Source of the DNA: Chiloscyllium plagiosum
Taxonomy: Eukaryota
Assembly: GCF_004010195.1 (NCBI RefSeq)
Contig: NC_057749.1
Coordinates: 5,544,863 to 5,596,564, forward strand
Length of the DNA: 51,702 nucleotides
Reading direction: 5' to 3'
The position numbers and the translations under genes are program-made. A model generated the notes under the pieces. That model was not told the origin of the DNA. It did not search any database and saw nothing but the letters and a program-made list of their open reading frames with translations. Numbering within the stretch: the first letter of the stretch is position 1; each line of letters opens with the position of its first letter. Shown here in pieces: positions 12,984 through 25,304 of the stretch.

Positions 12984-13234
12984 GGGCGGCACGGTGGCTA
13001 GCACTGCTGCCTCTCAGCGCCAGAGTCCCGGGTTCAATTCCCACCTCAGGCGACTGACTGTGTGGAGTTTGTACATTCTCCCCGTGTCTGCGTGGGTTTC
13101 CTCCGGCCATGCTAATTGCCTGTAGTGTTGGTTAAGGGGTAAATGTAGGGGTATGGGTGGGTTGCGCTTCGGCGGGGCGGTGTGGACTTGTTGGGCCGAA
13201 GGGCCTGTTTCCTCACTGTAAGTAATCTAATCTA
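12984..13234 (+). mobile_element. HE1-type shark SINE
   Basis: GGGCGGCACGGTGG...AGCACTGCTGCCTC, B-box GGTTCAATTCC, V-SINE-like core GTGTGGAGTTTG..CATTCTCCCCGTGTCTGCGTGGGTTTCCTCC, tail AATCTAATCTA. Confidence 0.9.
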
Positions 13235-14798
13235 CTCCAAGAAATGAGGTTCACTAATGTCCTTTAAGGGAAGAAAACCTACTGTTCTATACCAGTTTGG
13301 CCGACATGTGACTCCAGACCCAAAGCAACGTGAAAGACTCTTCACTTCCCCTTGGGTTTTGGCCCAGTGAGGCCAACATCCAATGACTTTTACAAAATAG
13401 TATGCAGAGTTTTGGTAGTCTTCTTTGAAAGTGGTTAGAATTGTGCTATAAGCAGTTCTGCAACATTCATTTTACTTATTCCTAGGAAGAATAATTTATG
13501 TTATGAAAGGATAGCCTATACCCAATGGAAGTTAGAAACACGAGTGGCAATCTTACGAGGTCTGAGGGGTTTCTCTCTCTCTCTCATGAGACAGCAGCCC
13601 AATGGTCTGATTGGACAATGACGACTTCAATCTATGGAATTCTCTATCCCTGACAGCAGTGAAGGCTGGGACTTGGAGAATATTCAAGGTTAGGTTAGAT
13701 AGATTTGACCTTCAAGGGAATTGGACAAACAGGAAAATGAGAATGGAGATGAGATGAGAATCATATCAGTCATGATCTTGCTAGCAGTGAGACAGGCTCA
13801 AAAGCAACAAAAATGGCTAATTCAAGCTCTCAAGATCCTGGAGGTGCTCCCATCTCTAAAATAGAGAGCAAAGAACTAATAGTTTAAAAAACAGAATATT
13901 CAAGAGAAAATACCATAACACTTTCAGTAAGCGAAAGCAACAGATAAATAACTTGGGTTTTAATCAAAAGAAATGAATAACTTTTAAGTTGAAATAGTAA
14001 AAGACTATAAAGGAATATCAGGAAGACAGATGTAGCAGCCAGAAGTACTTAGTGCTAATATTTCTCAATTTGAAAAATGTGTTACAATAATAATGGTGCA
14101 GGTCAACATCTGGATAATTTTAATGCATGTTTATTCAGCTTTTCAGGGTGCCAACATGTCTCTGGACCTGCCAACTGTAAGCGATAATGCAGTAGCTTGC
14201 AAATGCACAATTAAATATTTGCACTCTATTTAGCATTTATTATGCAGAGCTGATTTCTTCCAAATACAGGTACAAGCGACCAAAACCCAGTTCGTTATCC
14301 AAATTAGTGCAATGCTTATTGAACACAGAATCTCAAATATTACAGATGATAATCTATTCAGCAAAATGCAAAAATATAGACACTAAACATTGAGGAAGGA
14401 AGGAATATAAACACTAGACAAATCATGACCAAAGAAACACGGTGCTTGGTCGTCACCATCTAAGCCTACTCAATTTATGCAATTCTCAGCCAAGTGCAAA
14501 TACCCACACCACCGTTACATGTTGTAGCCATCAGCCTCATTATTATATAGGAATCTTAAGAAAATAAGTGGAACCAAACTGTTTAAATTCCATTTCTGAA
14601 CGTGCACAAAGGTTAGGCCATAAAGTCAGAGAGCAGGAGGAATTTCTTCAGAGAGCAGTGAACCTTTGAAATTCTCTACCCAGAGGCTGTGGAACCAAAA
14701 TCAAACATGGCCAAGACAGAAATCACAACATTTCAGGATGCTATCAGGAAATCTGCAGAGATTGCAGAAAAGGCAAATAAAAAGCCATGATCTAGGAT

Positions 14799-15147
14799 TG
14801 ATGTGGAGCTGCCAGTATTGGACTGGGGTGGACAAAGTCAGAAGTCACACGACACCAGGTTATAGCCCAACAGGTTTATTTAAGATCACAAGCTTTTGGA
14901 ACTTTGCTCCTTGGTTAGGTGAAACGAAGGAGCAGGGCTCCAAAAGCTTGGGATGTCAAAAATAAAACCCGTTGGGCTATAACCTGACGTTGTGTGACTT
15001 CTGACAAAGGATAGCACATGATTTGGAGGTGCCAGTGTTGGATGGGGGTATACAAAATTTAAAAAAGTCACAACACCAGGTTATAGCCCAACAGGTTTAT
15101 TTGGAAGCACTAGCCTTTGGAGCGCAGCTCCTTCGTCAGGTGATTGT
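14799..15147. mobile_element. Two adjacent Penelope-derived family-B insertions (first is a fold-back palindrome)
   Basis: GTCAGAAGTCACAC..AGGTTATAGCCCAAC inverted around about 14915; second copy 15019-15147 flanked by GATAGCACA direct repeat (15010-15018 / 15148-15156). Confidence 0.8.
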
Positions 15148-17205
15148 GATAGCACAGTAATTTTAATGAATTCCTAATAGTACAAATAGAGTGAAGGCAT
15201 GGTTGACTTATTATTTCGAGTGCTTACAAGGGTGGGACAGGGTTATGGGCTGGAGTAGAAGAGGAGGATATATGGAGAAGGACAACGATCATATCTGGAC
15301 CATATTTAATCCAACAAATGAATCCTAGAATCATTCAACAACTCCAAAACAAGTTCTGCATTACACACTCCACGTGATCAAACCAGGACATTAAGCTGAA
15401 GGCCATTCTCCTGAAAACTCCTCTTGAGAGTGTGAAACTGCTAAAAGTGAGTGCATCTAAACAAATGGAGACAGACAACACAACTGTGTTAAACCATTAC
15501 ATTCAAATCCTCAGCTATTGTAAAGGGTTATACTGTGTTGCAAACTTCAATAGTATTGGATAAATCAGCATCTCTAAAAGGATTAGCACAATAAACAAGG
15601 AACCATTTATATAAAAAAAAACGCACCATGGCTCATTAACTGCTAGAAATTAGTGTTATAGTTCTTTTGTCAGAAAACTACAGACAGAACCCATAACATG
15701 CAGCTTTACATTATGTGGACTTTACATTGAAAATTAATTACAGGACATGGCATTTGTTTATACTGGCAATATATGCTAATCTTAATTGAATCCAAAAAGT
15801 GGCAGCTGAACTCATTAGGAGTGCTGCAGTGTACATTATTCTAATACGGTCATTAATCAAATACACACTACACAGATTCAGAACGCAAAAAGTAAAAGGC
15901 CCCAACAAAATGAAGCAATTTTTTTTTCTTTTTTTCTTGGTTCAAGTACAAAAGTTCATCACCCTCTTATCAGAGAAGTTAATACATACTGCTAAATTGA
16001 TTTCTTTTTCCCTAGAATTTTTTTTAAATTGAAACTAGGGTTCAGGTGGACTGCCATGCACTACACTCTCCCAACATTAAATCAAGGAAATTGGGAACAT
16101 CAACAATAAAAAATCCCACATCTCTTGATGCCATCAACATTATGGGGGCCTTCTGCTTTACATCAGTGTATGCCATCAATAGCAAGTCTTCAATTCTGAG
16201 CTTTAATGTTCAAATGTGCAGCTTAATCTCCGATCAGGTTGACTCATGGATTTAATTAGCAGCTGTTTTCTATGATAAAGGGGTTCTGGTTTATTCCATT
16301 ATAAATAACACTGATTCAATTAACAAATCCAATTCCTAGGCTCCTGGAAGGTTTTTTTTATTCTCAAGAGAATATTTTGTCTTGGTGGGTGTGCAGATCA
16401 TAGACTTCCAGATTAATGGGTTTTCAGCATACATTTGATTCATTATCACAATCTCATGAATGAAACAGTGGAACTGCAGGACATATTGTTTGATTTGAAA
16501 TAGAAATGAAAACATGCAGCATGCCAGGAGTGCACATTTTGAAGCAGAGAGAACAGAGGGAGAAATGCATTCAAAGACTGTTGAGAAAACTCAGGCTATG
16601 CATTAATCTACTGAACCTGTTCAAACAATACTTGTTAAAAGTCAAAACTAACAGAATCCAGCTGAAGGTGGTTATTCGGTTCATATATCCATTGCCTTCA
16701 CTGGCAAATAAATTTATCAAGGAATTAACAGCTATATCTTAAAAATAATAAGGATTTCTTCAAATATCTCAAACAGCACATCAGTATAATATAACAAATG
16801 CAATGCAAAATAATCTAGCAACTCCTAACCCACAAACCAGGTTAACAGTTAGCAGTCTTGGAATGCATCTCTGGAAGAGGAAAATACAGAACATGATACC
16901 TTCTATTTGAGGTGAAAAGTGAGCATATAGAAACAGCAGTAAGACCATTACAAAAAAAAATGACAAAAACTTTTAAATGAACAGAATGAATTAGGTTTTA
17001 ATATATTTACCCCTTCCAAGTGTGAAAGCGCTTACATACGCAGACTGCTGAAAGGGAGCTTTGGGTGCAGATGATTAACGATCAGTGGAAGTAAGTTGAA
17101 TTAACATTCTCAGATACAGTCAATAATTTTGCAAGCTTCAGTGAACATTTCAATTTTATGCATTAATCCACCTTTGTCACACTGTCACAGCCTCTAACTT
17201 TTCCC

Positions 17206-17409
17206 GATTTGGAGGAGCCGGTGTTCAACTGGGGTGTACAAAGTTAAAAATGCCACAACACCTGGTTATAGTCCAACAGGTTTATCTGGAAGCACTAGCT
17301 TTCAGAGTACTGCTCCTTCTGACAACCACCTGATGAGAGCAGTGCTCCAAAAACTAGTGCTTCCAAATAAACCTGTTGACTATAACCTGACGTTGTGAGA
17401 TTTTTAACT
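17206..17409. mobile_element. Penelope-derived family-B fold-back element with hammerhead motif
   Basis: Arms about 17242-17319 and 17334-17409 are reverse complements; cacCTGATGA-gagcagtgctc at 17327-17347. Confidence 0.8.
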
Positions 17410-19134
17410 CAAATTTTTCTAAGTCACTTCCTTGCTATTTAAACCAAATAGGAAAACAGATGCCACTCTTAAATCAAATCCACTTTTCTGCTATTATCTC
17501 ATCATCAAAGCCATGAGCAAGGTAACCAGGTGTGTGAGGATCTTCAACCTTAATTTGGGCCATCTGCTGCTGAAATCCTCTTACATTTTTTATCATCTCC
17601 TGAACAGCCTCCCATAAATCACCCACTTTTTCAGTTCGGTCATTCAAAATTTCTGTCCATATGCTATCCTGCATTAATGCCCAGTCACCCATTACTTCAG
17701 CCGTGCTAGCCTGTAGTGGCTTCTGTGCCCTCAGCAAGTTGTCAAATCTTACAACTCTCACCCGGATGTTAAAATCCTTTCCTGGCCTCTTCTGTGTCTG
17801 CTTCTAACATTACCACAACCTAACAATCATTTATATAAATATCATTAATAAATTTTGGAAACCAACTTTCCTGCAGTGAAAAACATTGTCCTGTACAACC
17901 TATTCTGTGCCCTCATCTTTCCCCAATGCACTTTTCTCTTTGAGCACTGGCTCTTATTTGCTAGAGAGTCAGAAAAGTAACTTGGCACCACACAAATACG
18001 AAGGATTTGGATGACTCTAGACAAAAGGGAACTGTGCAATACAGGCAAGGCCCACAAAGAGAAAAATCTAAATACCCTCCTGGCCTGGACCAACTAGAAC
18101 CAAAACATTACCAGGGTTTAGGGTTAGGGGTTAACCCTAATGCAAAAACCAGTGCAGATGTCCATCTTAGGGCAGAAGAGTAACTTAAGCATTTCATTTC
18201 AGCAGTCTATACTCAGACAGATGTTCCTATTGTTAATGCTTTTCTTTGCACAGTAGTAGAGGAGAAAAAAAGTCAAACAGAGAGGGAGAGGCCTATCAAT
18301 ACCCAGCAAATGGATGGCAATAAAACTCAAATAGTAAATACTAATTATTGCCTGAGCTATCGGATCGCGTCCAGTCAGCTGAAATTTTTAGCTGATCTTC
18401 GCCAACTGGGACTGTGCAAGCCCAGCTGACCCAGGAGTCAGACTGCAGTCCCCCAACTGATTTGTTTCAAAGATTTCACAATTAGTTGGGTATGTCAGGA
18501 AGTATTCATCAATAGCTGCAAGCTATTTCACGGGCATTCAAGGAACTTTCAACAAAACAGATAAAAAAAGAGTGCTCAAAAAGTGCCACTTTTCCAATGA
18601 GATCCTCTAATATTTCCCCATGACAACCCCTTTTCTTAGATGCTGTTTTCACCTGCATATGGGTTTGGGACCTGTGCTGCCCAACCTAACTTCCAGTTGA
18701 TTCAGCTCTCTAAAGCTGACAATTCCACTGTCAGAAACAACTAGTCAGAGCTTTTGCGGAAATTTCAGCCATATGAATCTCAGAGGCAGATGGATCCTTT
18801 GAAACAAAATGAAGTGACTGTGTCTTCTTTTGGAGTTTATATTAAAATGCAAAATGTTGTTCCTCGTAAAGCAGCAACTGGAGATCTCCCTCAATTATTA
18901 AATACCATGGTGGCAAGTCCTGAACATCAGTATTGAAAAATTAAGTTGCAAGGTGGTACTGCCGAAAAATACTCCCAAATCATGGATAAATAAAAAGTGG
19001 CTTAATTTCTGTGCTGTTCAAATGAATTATATTTTAAGCAACTTCATATTCCTTAAAACTTACTCCTTTGTCCGAATACATAGCTCTGAGCAGCAGCAGG
19101 TGCCCATGCTACAGCCCAATCAAATGAACTTTAC

Positions 19135-19252
19135 CTTAGTTAGAGCAACGAAAGACAGCACAGCCACTGCCGTGAACATCACAGTTGGGAAGAGCATCAC
19201 AACCGCTGAGCCTGCATTTGTTCCAAAGAAGGAAATTGTAGCTATCCAGCCA
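19135..19252 (-). CDS. SCAMP5: SCAMP5 coding exon 5 ([39 protein letters not shown])
   Basis: 118 nt, pyrimidine tract + ctctacAG acceptor, GTAAAG donor, phase 2/0; TM4. Confidence 0.97.
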
Positions 19253-19601
19253 CTGTAGAGGAGGGGAGGGGAAAAAAAGTGATATATACATTAGACTCAT
19301 CCACCAAGTACTATTAATCTTGTTTTAAGAATGCTGGAGTAACCTGAACGGCAGCACATATTAAAACAATGCCAATATTACATACCTTTTACACAATACC
19401 TTTATAACTGGGATCACAATGTAAATTTATTGATTTGAGAGGCATTTTGTACCCCATGTACAGTACACAGCGTTACAAAAACGCACGTTTTTTCCTGCAT
19501 CAGATGTATGCCACAATTCCTGCAACCATTCTTAAAAACAATTCTATTGACTTCCCAACATCTTCCATAACAAGTTATTTTACAAGTTTTAGGAGTGGAT
19601 T

Positions 19602-19761
19602 ATTTGCAACTGCTAAAACTACATGGTTGGACGGAGAGCATGTTTTACTTGGCAAAATGATCAAGGGCTATGAAATTGTGCAGAAGATGGATGAATTTGG
19701 CAGAGACAGTGGCAAAATTGCCAAAACTATTAGCATTGTTAATTGTAGACAATGTGAATAG
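19602..19761 (+). pseudogene. 5'-truncated cyclophilin (PPIA-like) fragment, probably a processed pseudogene, antisense in a SCAMP5 intron
   Basis: Translates IC(+1 nt)TAKTTWLDGEHVLLGKMIKGYEIVQKMDEFGRDSGKIAKTISIVNCRQCE*, aligning to the cyclophilin A C-terminus [52 protein letters not shown]. One-base insertion plus substitutions at conserved positions. Confidence 0.8.
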
Positions 19762-19927
19762 AATTTTATAATTTAGAAAAACTTGATTACTTACAATTTC
19801 AAAAAATCACTGCATAATTTGGGGGAAGAGGCGGGGGTATATCAGGAACGTGAACACGAGATTCATGCTGCCAGCTTTATGAAATCTGCTACAACTTCAG
19901 GGGTTTCATGTCAGGAGGCATATTGGG

Positions 19928-20390
19928 AGTCATAGTTGGAGATGTACAGCATGGAAACAGGCCTTTCGGTCCAACTTGTTCATGCCTACCAGATATCCTA
20001 AATTAAACTAGTCCCATTTGACAGTACTTGGTTCAGATCCCTCCAAGCCCTTCCTATTCATACACCCACCCAGATGTCTTTTACCAGCCTCCACCACTTA
20101 CTCACGCAGTACATTCCATACATGCACAACTCTCTCTGAAAAAGATGCCTCTTAGGTCCCTTTTAAATCTTCCCCTTTTCATCTTAAACCTATTCCCTCT
20201 AGTTTTGGACTCCCTGACCGTGGGGCAAAGACTTGGACTATTCACCCTATCCATGCCCCTCATGACTTTATAAACATCTAGTCACCCTACAGGGAAAATT
20301 GCCTCAGCCTATTCAGCCCATAGGTCAAACCCTACAGTGCTGGCAACATCGTTGTAAATCTTTTCTGAACTATTTCAAGTTTCCTGAAGC
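19928..20390 (-). mobile_element. CR1/HER1 LINE 3' fragment
   Basis: Reverse complement of the 1090-1557 sequence (CCCTATCCATGCCCCTCATGA, TCTTAGGTCCCTTTTAAA, TACCAGCCTCCACCACT). Confidence 0.85.
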
Positions 20391-21582
20391 AGGGATATCT
20401 CATTTTAATTGCATTTGACATTCATAGGAATGACACTGGATGACCTATTTCCCCTATCATGAAACTAATGTATGACCAGATGATCTGTTCATTTAGTATT
20501 TATAATTACCAATGTGGCAAATAGGCACAGATTTACAGACTCACATGACAAATTTCCATCATCAGAAAATTTGGTTTTACCTCTCTGGAGATATCACTCA
20601 CTATACCATGGCCATTTTTACTTCCTTGCATTACAGTGAGTGAGGCACAATAGCAGTACTGGTGACCCGATGACACTAAATTCCAGACTCCTTCCATATC
20701 AGGAAACCAAGCCTTCCATGGAAAACAATATCAGGATAAAACAGGAACATGCGTTGGCATTCAAAACATTCACTTGATTAAATCATTCCCATTCGCAGAG
20801 TACGATGCAGATTGTTTATTCATTCGTGTGTTTTATCTGAAGGCAGATCCTTGGTGCATTGTCTGATGTTTCATCCAGAGACATTTTCATGTCTACCTCA
20901 GTTGGAAGTGGAATTGCACTTGCTGTGTAAACATGATCCTGAACCAGATGCTAACCCCCTAGCCAACAGAACCAACATACTCCAAATGATGCAGTTATTG
21001 GAAAATAAATTACTGTGCACATGAGCACATTAACAATCAAAAATTGTACTTCTACAAAAATGTTGAATATCGATTAGCATTTAATATACATTTGCAAAAC
21101 TTCGTAGTTAATGGAAACAAAGTTTGCAGCTAGCAATTTCTCCTACAAAAATGGGATGTTTTCCAATAATTTACACCATGACCCACTCTTTAGTCAGACA
21201 TCGACTCGCTTTCCACTCCATTCCTTACGAAGCAGCATGGTCAATACTTCATTTACAGCAATCTCTCGGAGCAAAACACATGGGACTTGTGGTTTAGTAA
21301 ATGAAATTTCCATTGAATCCGTCACACACTATTTGTATTTGCTCATCGCTAAGCCTAGTCCCAAAAAAAAAGTAAAAATTCAGATCGGATTCATTCCTCT
21401 TCTACTGCCAGGAGGCTTTCAAATGATATTTGACACTTATGCACTGTGACAGTGTATACATTTATTCACCCTAAGAACTCATTAAAATGCTGTTGACAGA
21501 ATAGATTGGAGGTATCAAACGTCCACAGACTAGTGTACACATAGATACTCATAGAACCAAAAGGAAAACGGAACAGAAGAAT

Positions 21583-21889
21583 TTAGATTAGATTAGATTC
21601 CCTACAGTGTGGAAACAGGCCCTTTGGCCCAACAAGTCCACACAGACCCTCCAAAGAGTAACCCACCCAGACCCCATTTCCCTCTGACTAATGCTCCTAA
21701 TACTATGGGCAATTTAGCACGGCCGATTCACCTATCCTGCACATCTTTGGACTGTGGGAGGAAACCGGAGCACTGGAAGAAACCCACGCAGATGCGGGGA
21801 GAATGTGCAATTACCAGAGGCTGGAATTAAACCAGAGCCTCTGGTGCTGTGAGGCAGCAGTGCTAACCACTGAGCCACCATGTTGCCCC
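21583..21889 (-). mobile_element. HE1-type SINE
   Basis: (TAGAT)n tail, GTGGAAACAGGCCCTTTGGCCCAACAAGTCCACAC, GAGGCAGCAGTGCTAACCACTGAGCCACC. Confidence 0.9.
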
Positions 21890-22989
21890 CAAAGTGGACA
21901 ACGCTTGCTGATTGATAGCAGATCACACACAAATCTATTTCTCAGAAGTGGAGAAAAACATTAGTGGTTTGGGATGGGGGGGGCACTCAATAAAACATGG
22001 GCTTTCTATACAGTATTTATCATTCTTAATGCCAAAACTTGCACAAAAGTGGGCAATCAGAAGAAATTAATATGACATTGGACAGATTGAAGTTGAGAAT
22101 GATGCTCTTTTAGCAGCTGGCATCTTATAATTTGTTTAGACCTGCTGCAGCCAATTTTCAGCATTTAATTACAGCACCTTTTATTACTTTGGGGCTAAAC
22201 TTGCGATGAACTCAATACAATATAAACAGCTGGATGGTTGATTCTTCAATGTTTTGCAACGAGCAACATTGGTGTTTAAATTTAATGCGCTGGATAAATC
22301 CCTAATCAACAGTCCAACACCAAATCAATATCTAATACTGCGCTCTAAAAACCCCTGCAGCTCTCTGAACAGACCATCTGAAATGACAAATCCACCATAA
22401 AGTAGCAAGCAAAATACTGCAGACAGAAACATCCTAAATCATTCACCCATTTCAACAAATTTACCAAGGGTACATACAATCAGAACATTAGATTGTGACA
22501 TTTTGTTAATGATTATTCAGCTGTTCAACACTAATTTTTCCTTTAACTGATCCTAACAGTACTTATTCTGAAGGAAATGGGAAATAAATACCATTCCAAG
22601 ATTTACATTGCAATGTTCATTCCTGCACAGTTAACTGATTAGTCCGAAACTATACTGATTAAGTGTCTAGAATACAAACTACAACTGTCACATTAATATA
22701 TAACCACTAAATTCTATTATATTTAAAAAATGAGTTAGATTCCACTTATGAATTATGATGTTTTGAGAGTCATTTTGATATAAATTAAGCTTACTGAAGC
22801 CTACATACTATTTAATTCATTCAGAAGGTATAAATCAAACCAGTTGAATTAACTTGCAGCAAATTTATATTATTAAAATTTTTTCAGACAAGTTTCAATA
22901 CAGTATAGTTATTATTAGATTCAGGATATGAAACCTAGAGTCTACTTTTTTTAAAAATGGGCTGAAAAAGTTAAAGGAAACTTAAATGT

Positions 22990-23720
22990 TAAGATGACCA
23001 TGAATCACAAAAAGGTAGCAAGCAGGTACAGCAAGCAATTAAGACAAACAGAATGTGGGTCTTGATTGCAAGGGGAATAGAGTATAAAACGAAGGAAGTC
23101 TGGCTACAACAGTGCAGGACACCCATGTGTACAGTGCAGAGTTTTGGTCTCCTTACTTAAACAGGAATATACTTGCATCAGAGGCAATTCAGCACGGTGT
23201 AATCCTGGAAAGAAGTAATTAGCCTATGTGGAAACGTTGAGCCAGTACCCACTGAAGTTTAGAAGAATGAGAGATGATCTTATTAAAATAAATACTGACG
23301 GTTGGCTGGGTAGACGTTGGTGTGTGTAGGTGTGCGGGAGAGAGAGAAACCTGGAACTAAGTAGAAATTACAAACATAGCAATGTCCTTGCAATGTTCTC
23401 TCCAAGATGTGCTAGCCCTCTAAGGTTCTGCACACGTCAATTGACGTTCCAACAAATTCACCCACAGTCATGGAAGTCACTCGAACTCTGTAGTTCAAGC
23501 ACTGAAAAGAAAAATTAGAAGGAGCATTGTCTCCTAGTCAAGATGAAGGCAGGTAGGAATTTCTTCCAGGGGTGGGGTTTGAGTCTTCAGATAGGCAACT
23601 CCAGAGAACAGTGGCAACTGGGTAAATGGTATATAATCAAAAGGTTGGCCTAGATTTTTTTTTAAATCAATAAGAGAATCAGAAGGTTTGTGGGGCAAGT
23701 AGGTTCAGGCAGCTTAAATG
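22990..23720 (+). mobile_element. Old CR1 LINE fragment
   Basis: GAATCACAAAAAG..AGCAGGTACAGCAAGCAATT..TTTTGGTCTCCTTACTT..TTTAGAAGAATGAGAGATGATCTTATT. Confidence 0.65.
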
Positions 23721-25169
23721 GCTTACTCCAGCATTATTTACCATAATTTAGTTTAGTCAATTGCTTTGCATCCTGTCTTTACACCAAATCCAGTTTACCA
23801 CAGCATGTTGAAAACAGCCATCAATAGACAAGTGCTTCAAATTCCATGAGGAGGAGAACCCTTAAAGATGAAATTTTGCAGATCATAAAGTCTGGACACA
23901 CTAAATGTTCTCCAAGTGGCATGCTTTCTTTCTCACTTTTGTCTAATCATAGTAATAAATAAATATGAAGCAGTGCCAACATACAGGATTGTTCTTTGGT
24001 CTTAGGGAAGTGTTTGCCATGACAGCAAAACAGCCAAAAATCAAACGCCACACCCAGAAGATTGTAATTGTTAATCTGGGCACCAGAGTCTTCATGAAAT
24101 TTGTTTAAGCTGAATAGACAGTTCATGTTCATAAATGTCAAATTTTCTTGTTCACGACAGAAGCAATTTCTTAACCATTTGTTGGTAACAGCTTTGTTGT
24201 ATTAATATTTTTAGTCAAAATTTCTAAATGAGAGAACAGGGTTGACTTAACAGCAGCTCCACAACCTGCACTATCAACAATTTTGGTTATAAAAAAAAAA
24301 ATCAGAAGGGAGATATGGATGGAAACGGATTTACCCAAGGTATGCAGAGGGGATTTTTGAATCATAGTCAACTTGGTACCTTATTGATTAAACAGCTGCT
24401 GCTCATGATCAGTGGAAAGAAGACGGAGATCACCATAGCTACCTGAAACATCCTTTGCAAGAAATAAAAATGCTTCAAATAGAGTAAATTCTTACCATGT
24501 GAACAATCAAGAAATTTAAAATCTATTCATTAATACTATAATTAATATTCCATGAACTAGTTCTATTCTAACAAGCCATCATCTTTGGTTTCATAATGAG
24601 AAGTCATAGGGGACCATTGACGAACATGACGTATGCGAAGAGATAGATGAGGAAGTACGGGAGGTGGCTTGGTGGGGCATAAACACTGGCATGAACCATT
24701 TGGGCTGAATGGCCTGTTTCTGTGCTACACATTCTATGGAAAGTATTGAATATCCAAAAGGTAATTCACAAACAAGGTCAAGTACACATACAAGTAAGGT
24801 ACACGGCTGGAGAGGTGAGCATGTGTGTGGTTTACAAAACAAAACACTAGTTTTAAAAGATACTTTTGAAGTTTGAGGAATTTGGAGAATTCTAGAATTG
24901 GGGAGGAAAAGAACGTTCACAGGAAATAAGGGTTGCTTATCCAGAGATACCCCACCTCCAACACTCTAACATTCAGTAATAGCCAACTAAGATTGAAACT
25001 TCACAGCTCACTCACAACTGGGTTATCCAGTTGCTTAATTCTGACTGGATCCCTTTGATAAACCTGTTTTAGATGAGACACATTAAAGTGAGAGATAACA
25101 AATGTCAGCAATATTCAAGCCTTAATTCCTCAATATACTATAGCTAGTGCAACAAGAAATTGATTCTTA

Positions 25170-25304
<135 letters not shown>

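Larger units (their letters stand above)
12560..13390 (+). mobile_element. Older SINE split at 12710/13247 by a composite insertion
   Basis: Left part ...GAATTTGAATTTAATAAAAATCTGGAATT...CCCATCAGGTT resumes as AGGTTCACTAATGTCCTTT...CATGTGACTCCAGACC; AGGTT duplicated at both junctions. Family name uncertain. Confidence 0.7.

Noticed and set aside
14799..15147. CRISPR-like or MITE-like repeated units
   Set aside because: Eukaryotic context, no repeat-spacer periodicity; asymmetric arms and variable-length TSDs fit Penelope-derived retroinsertions better.
17474..17761. 95-aa minus-strand ORF in the last intron
   Set aside because: No convincing splice sites; at most a faint LINE ORF2-like relic.
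18953..19258. 101-aa plus-strand ORF
   Set aside because: Antisense shadow of SCAMP5 coding exon 5.
19435..19601. N-terminal half of the 108-aa ORF as part of a cyclophilin gene
   Set aside because: No cyclophilin similarity upstream of about 19602 and the ORF starts at TTG; no other cyclophilin exons recognised in the window.
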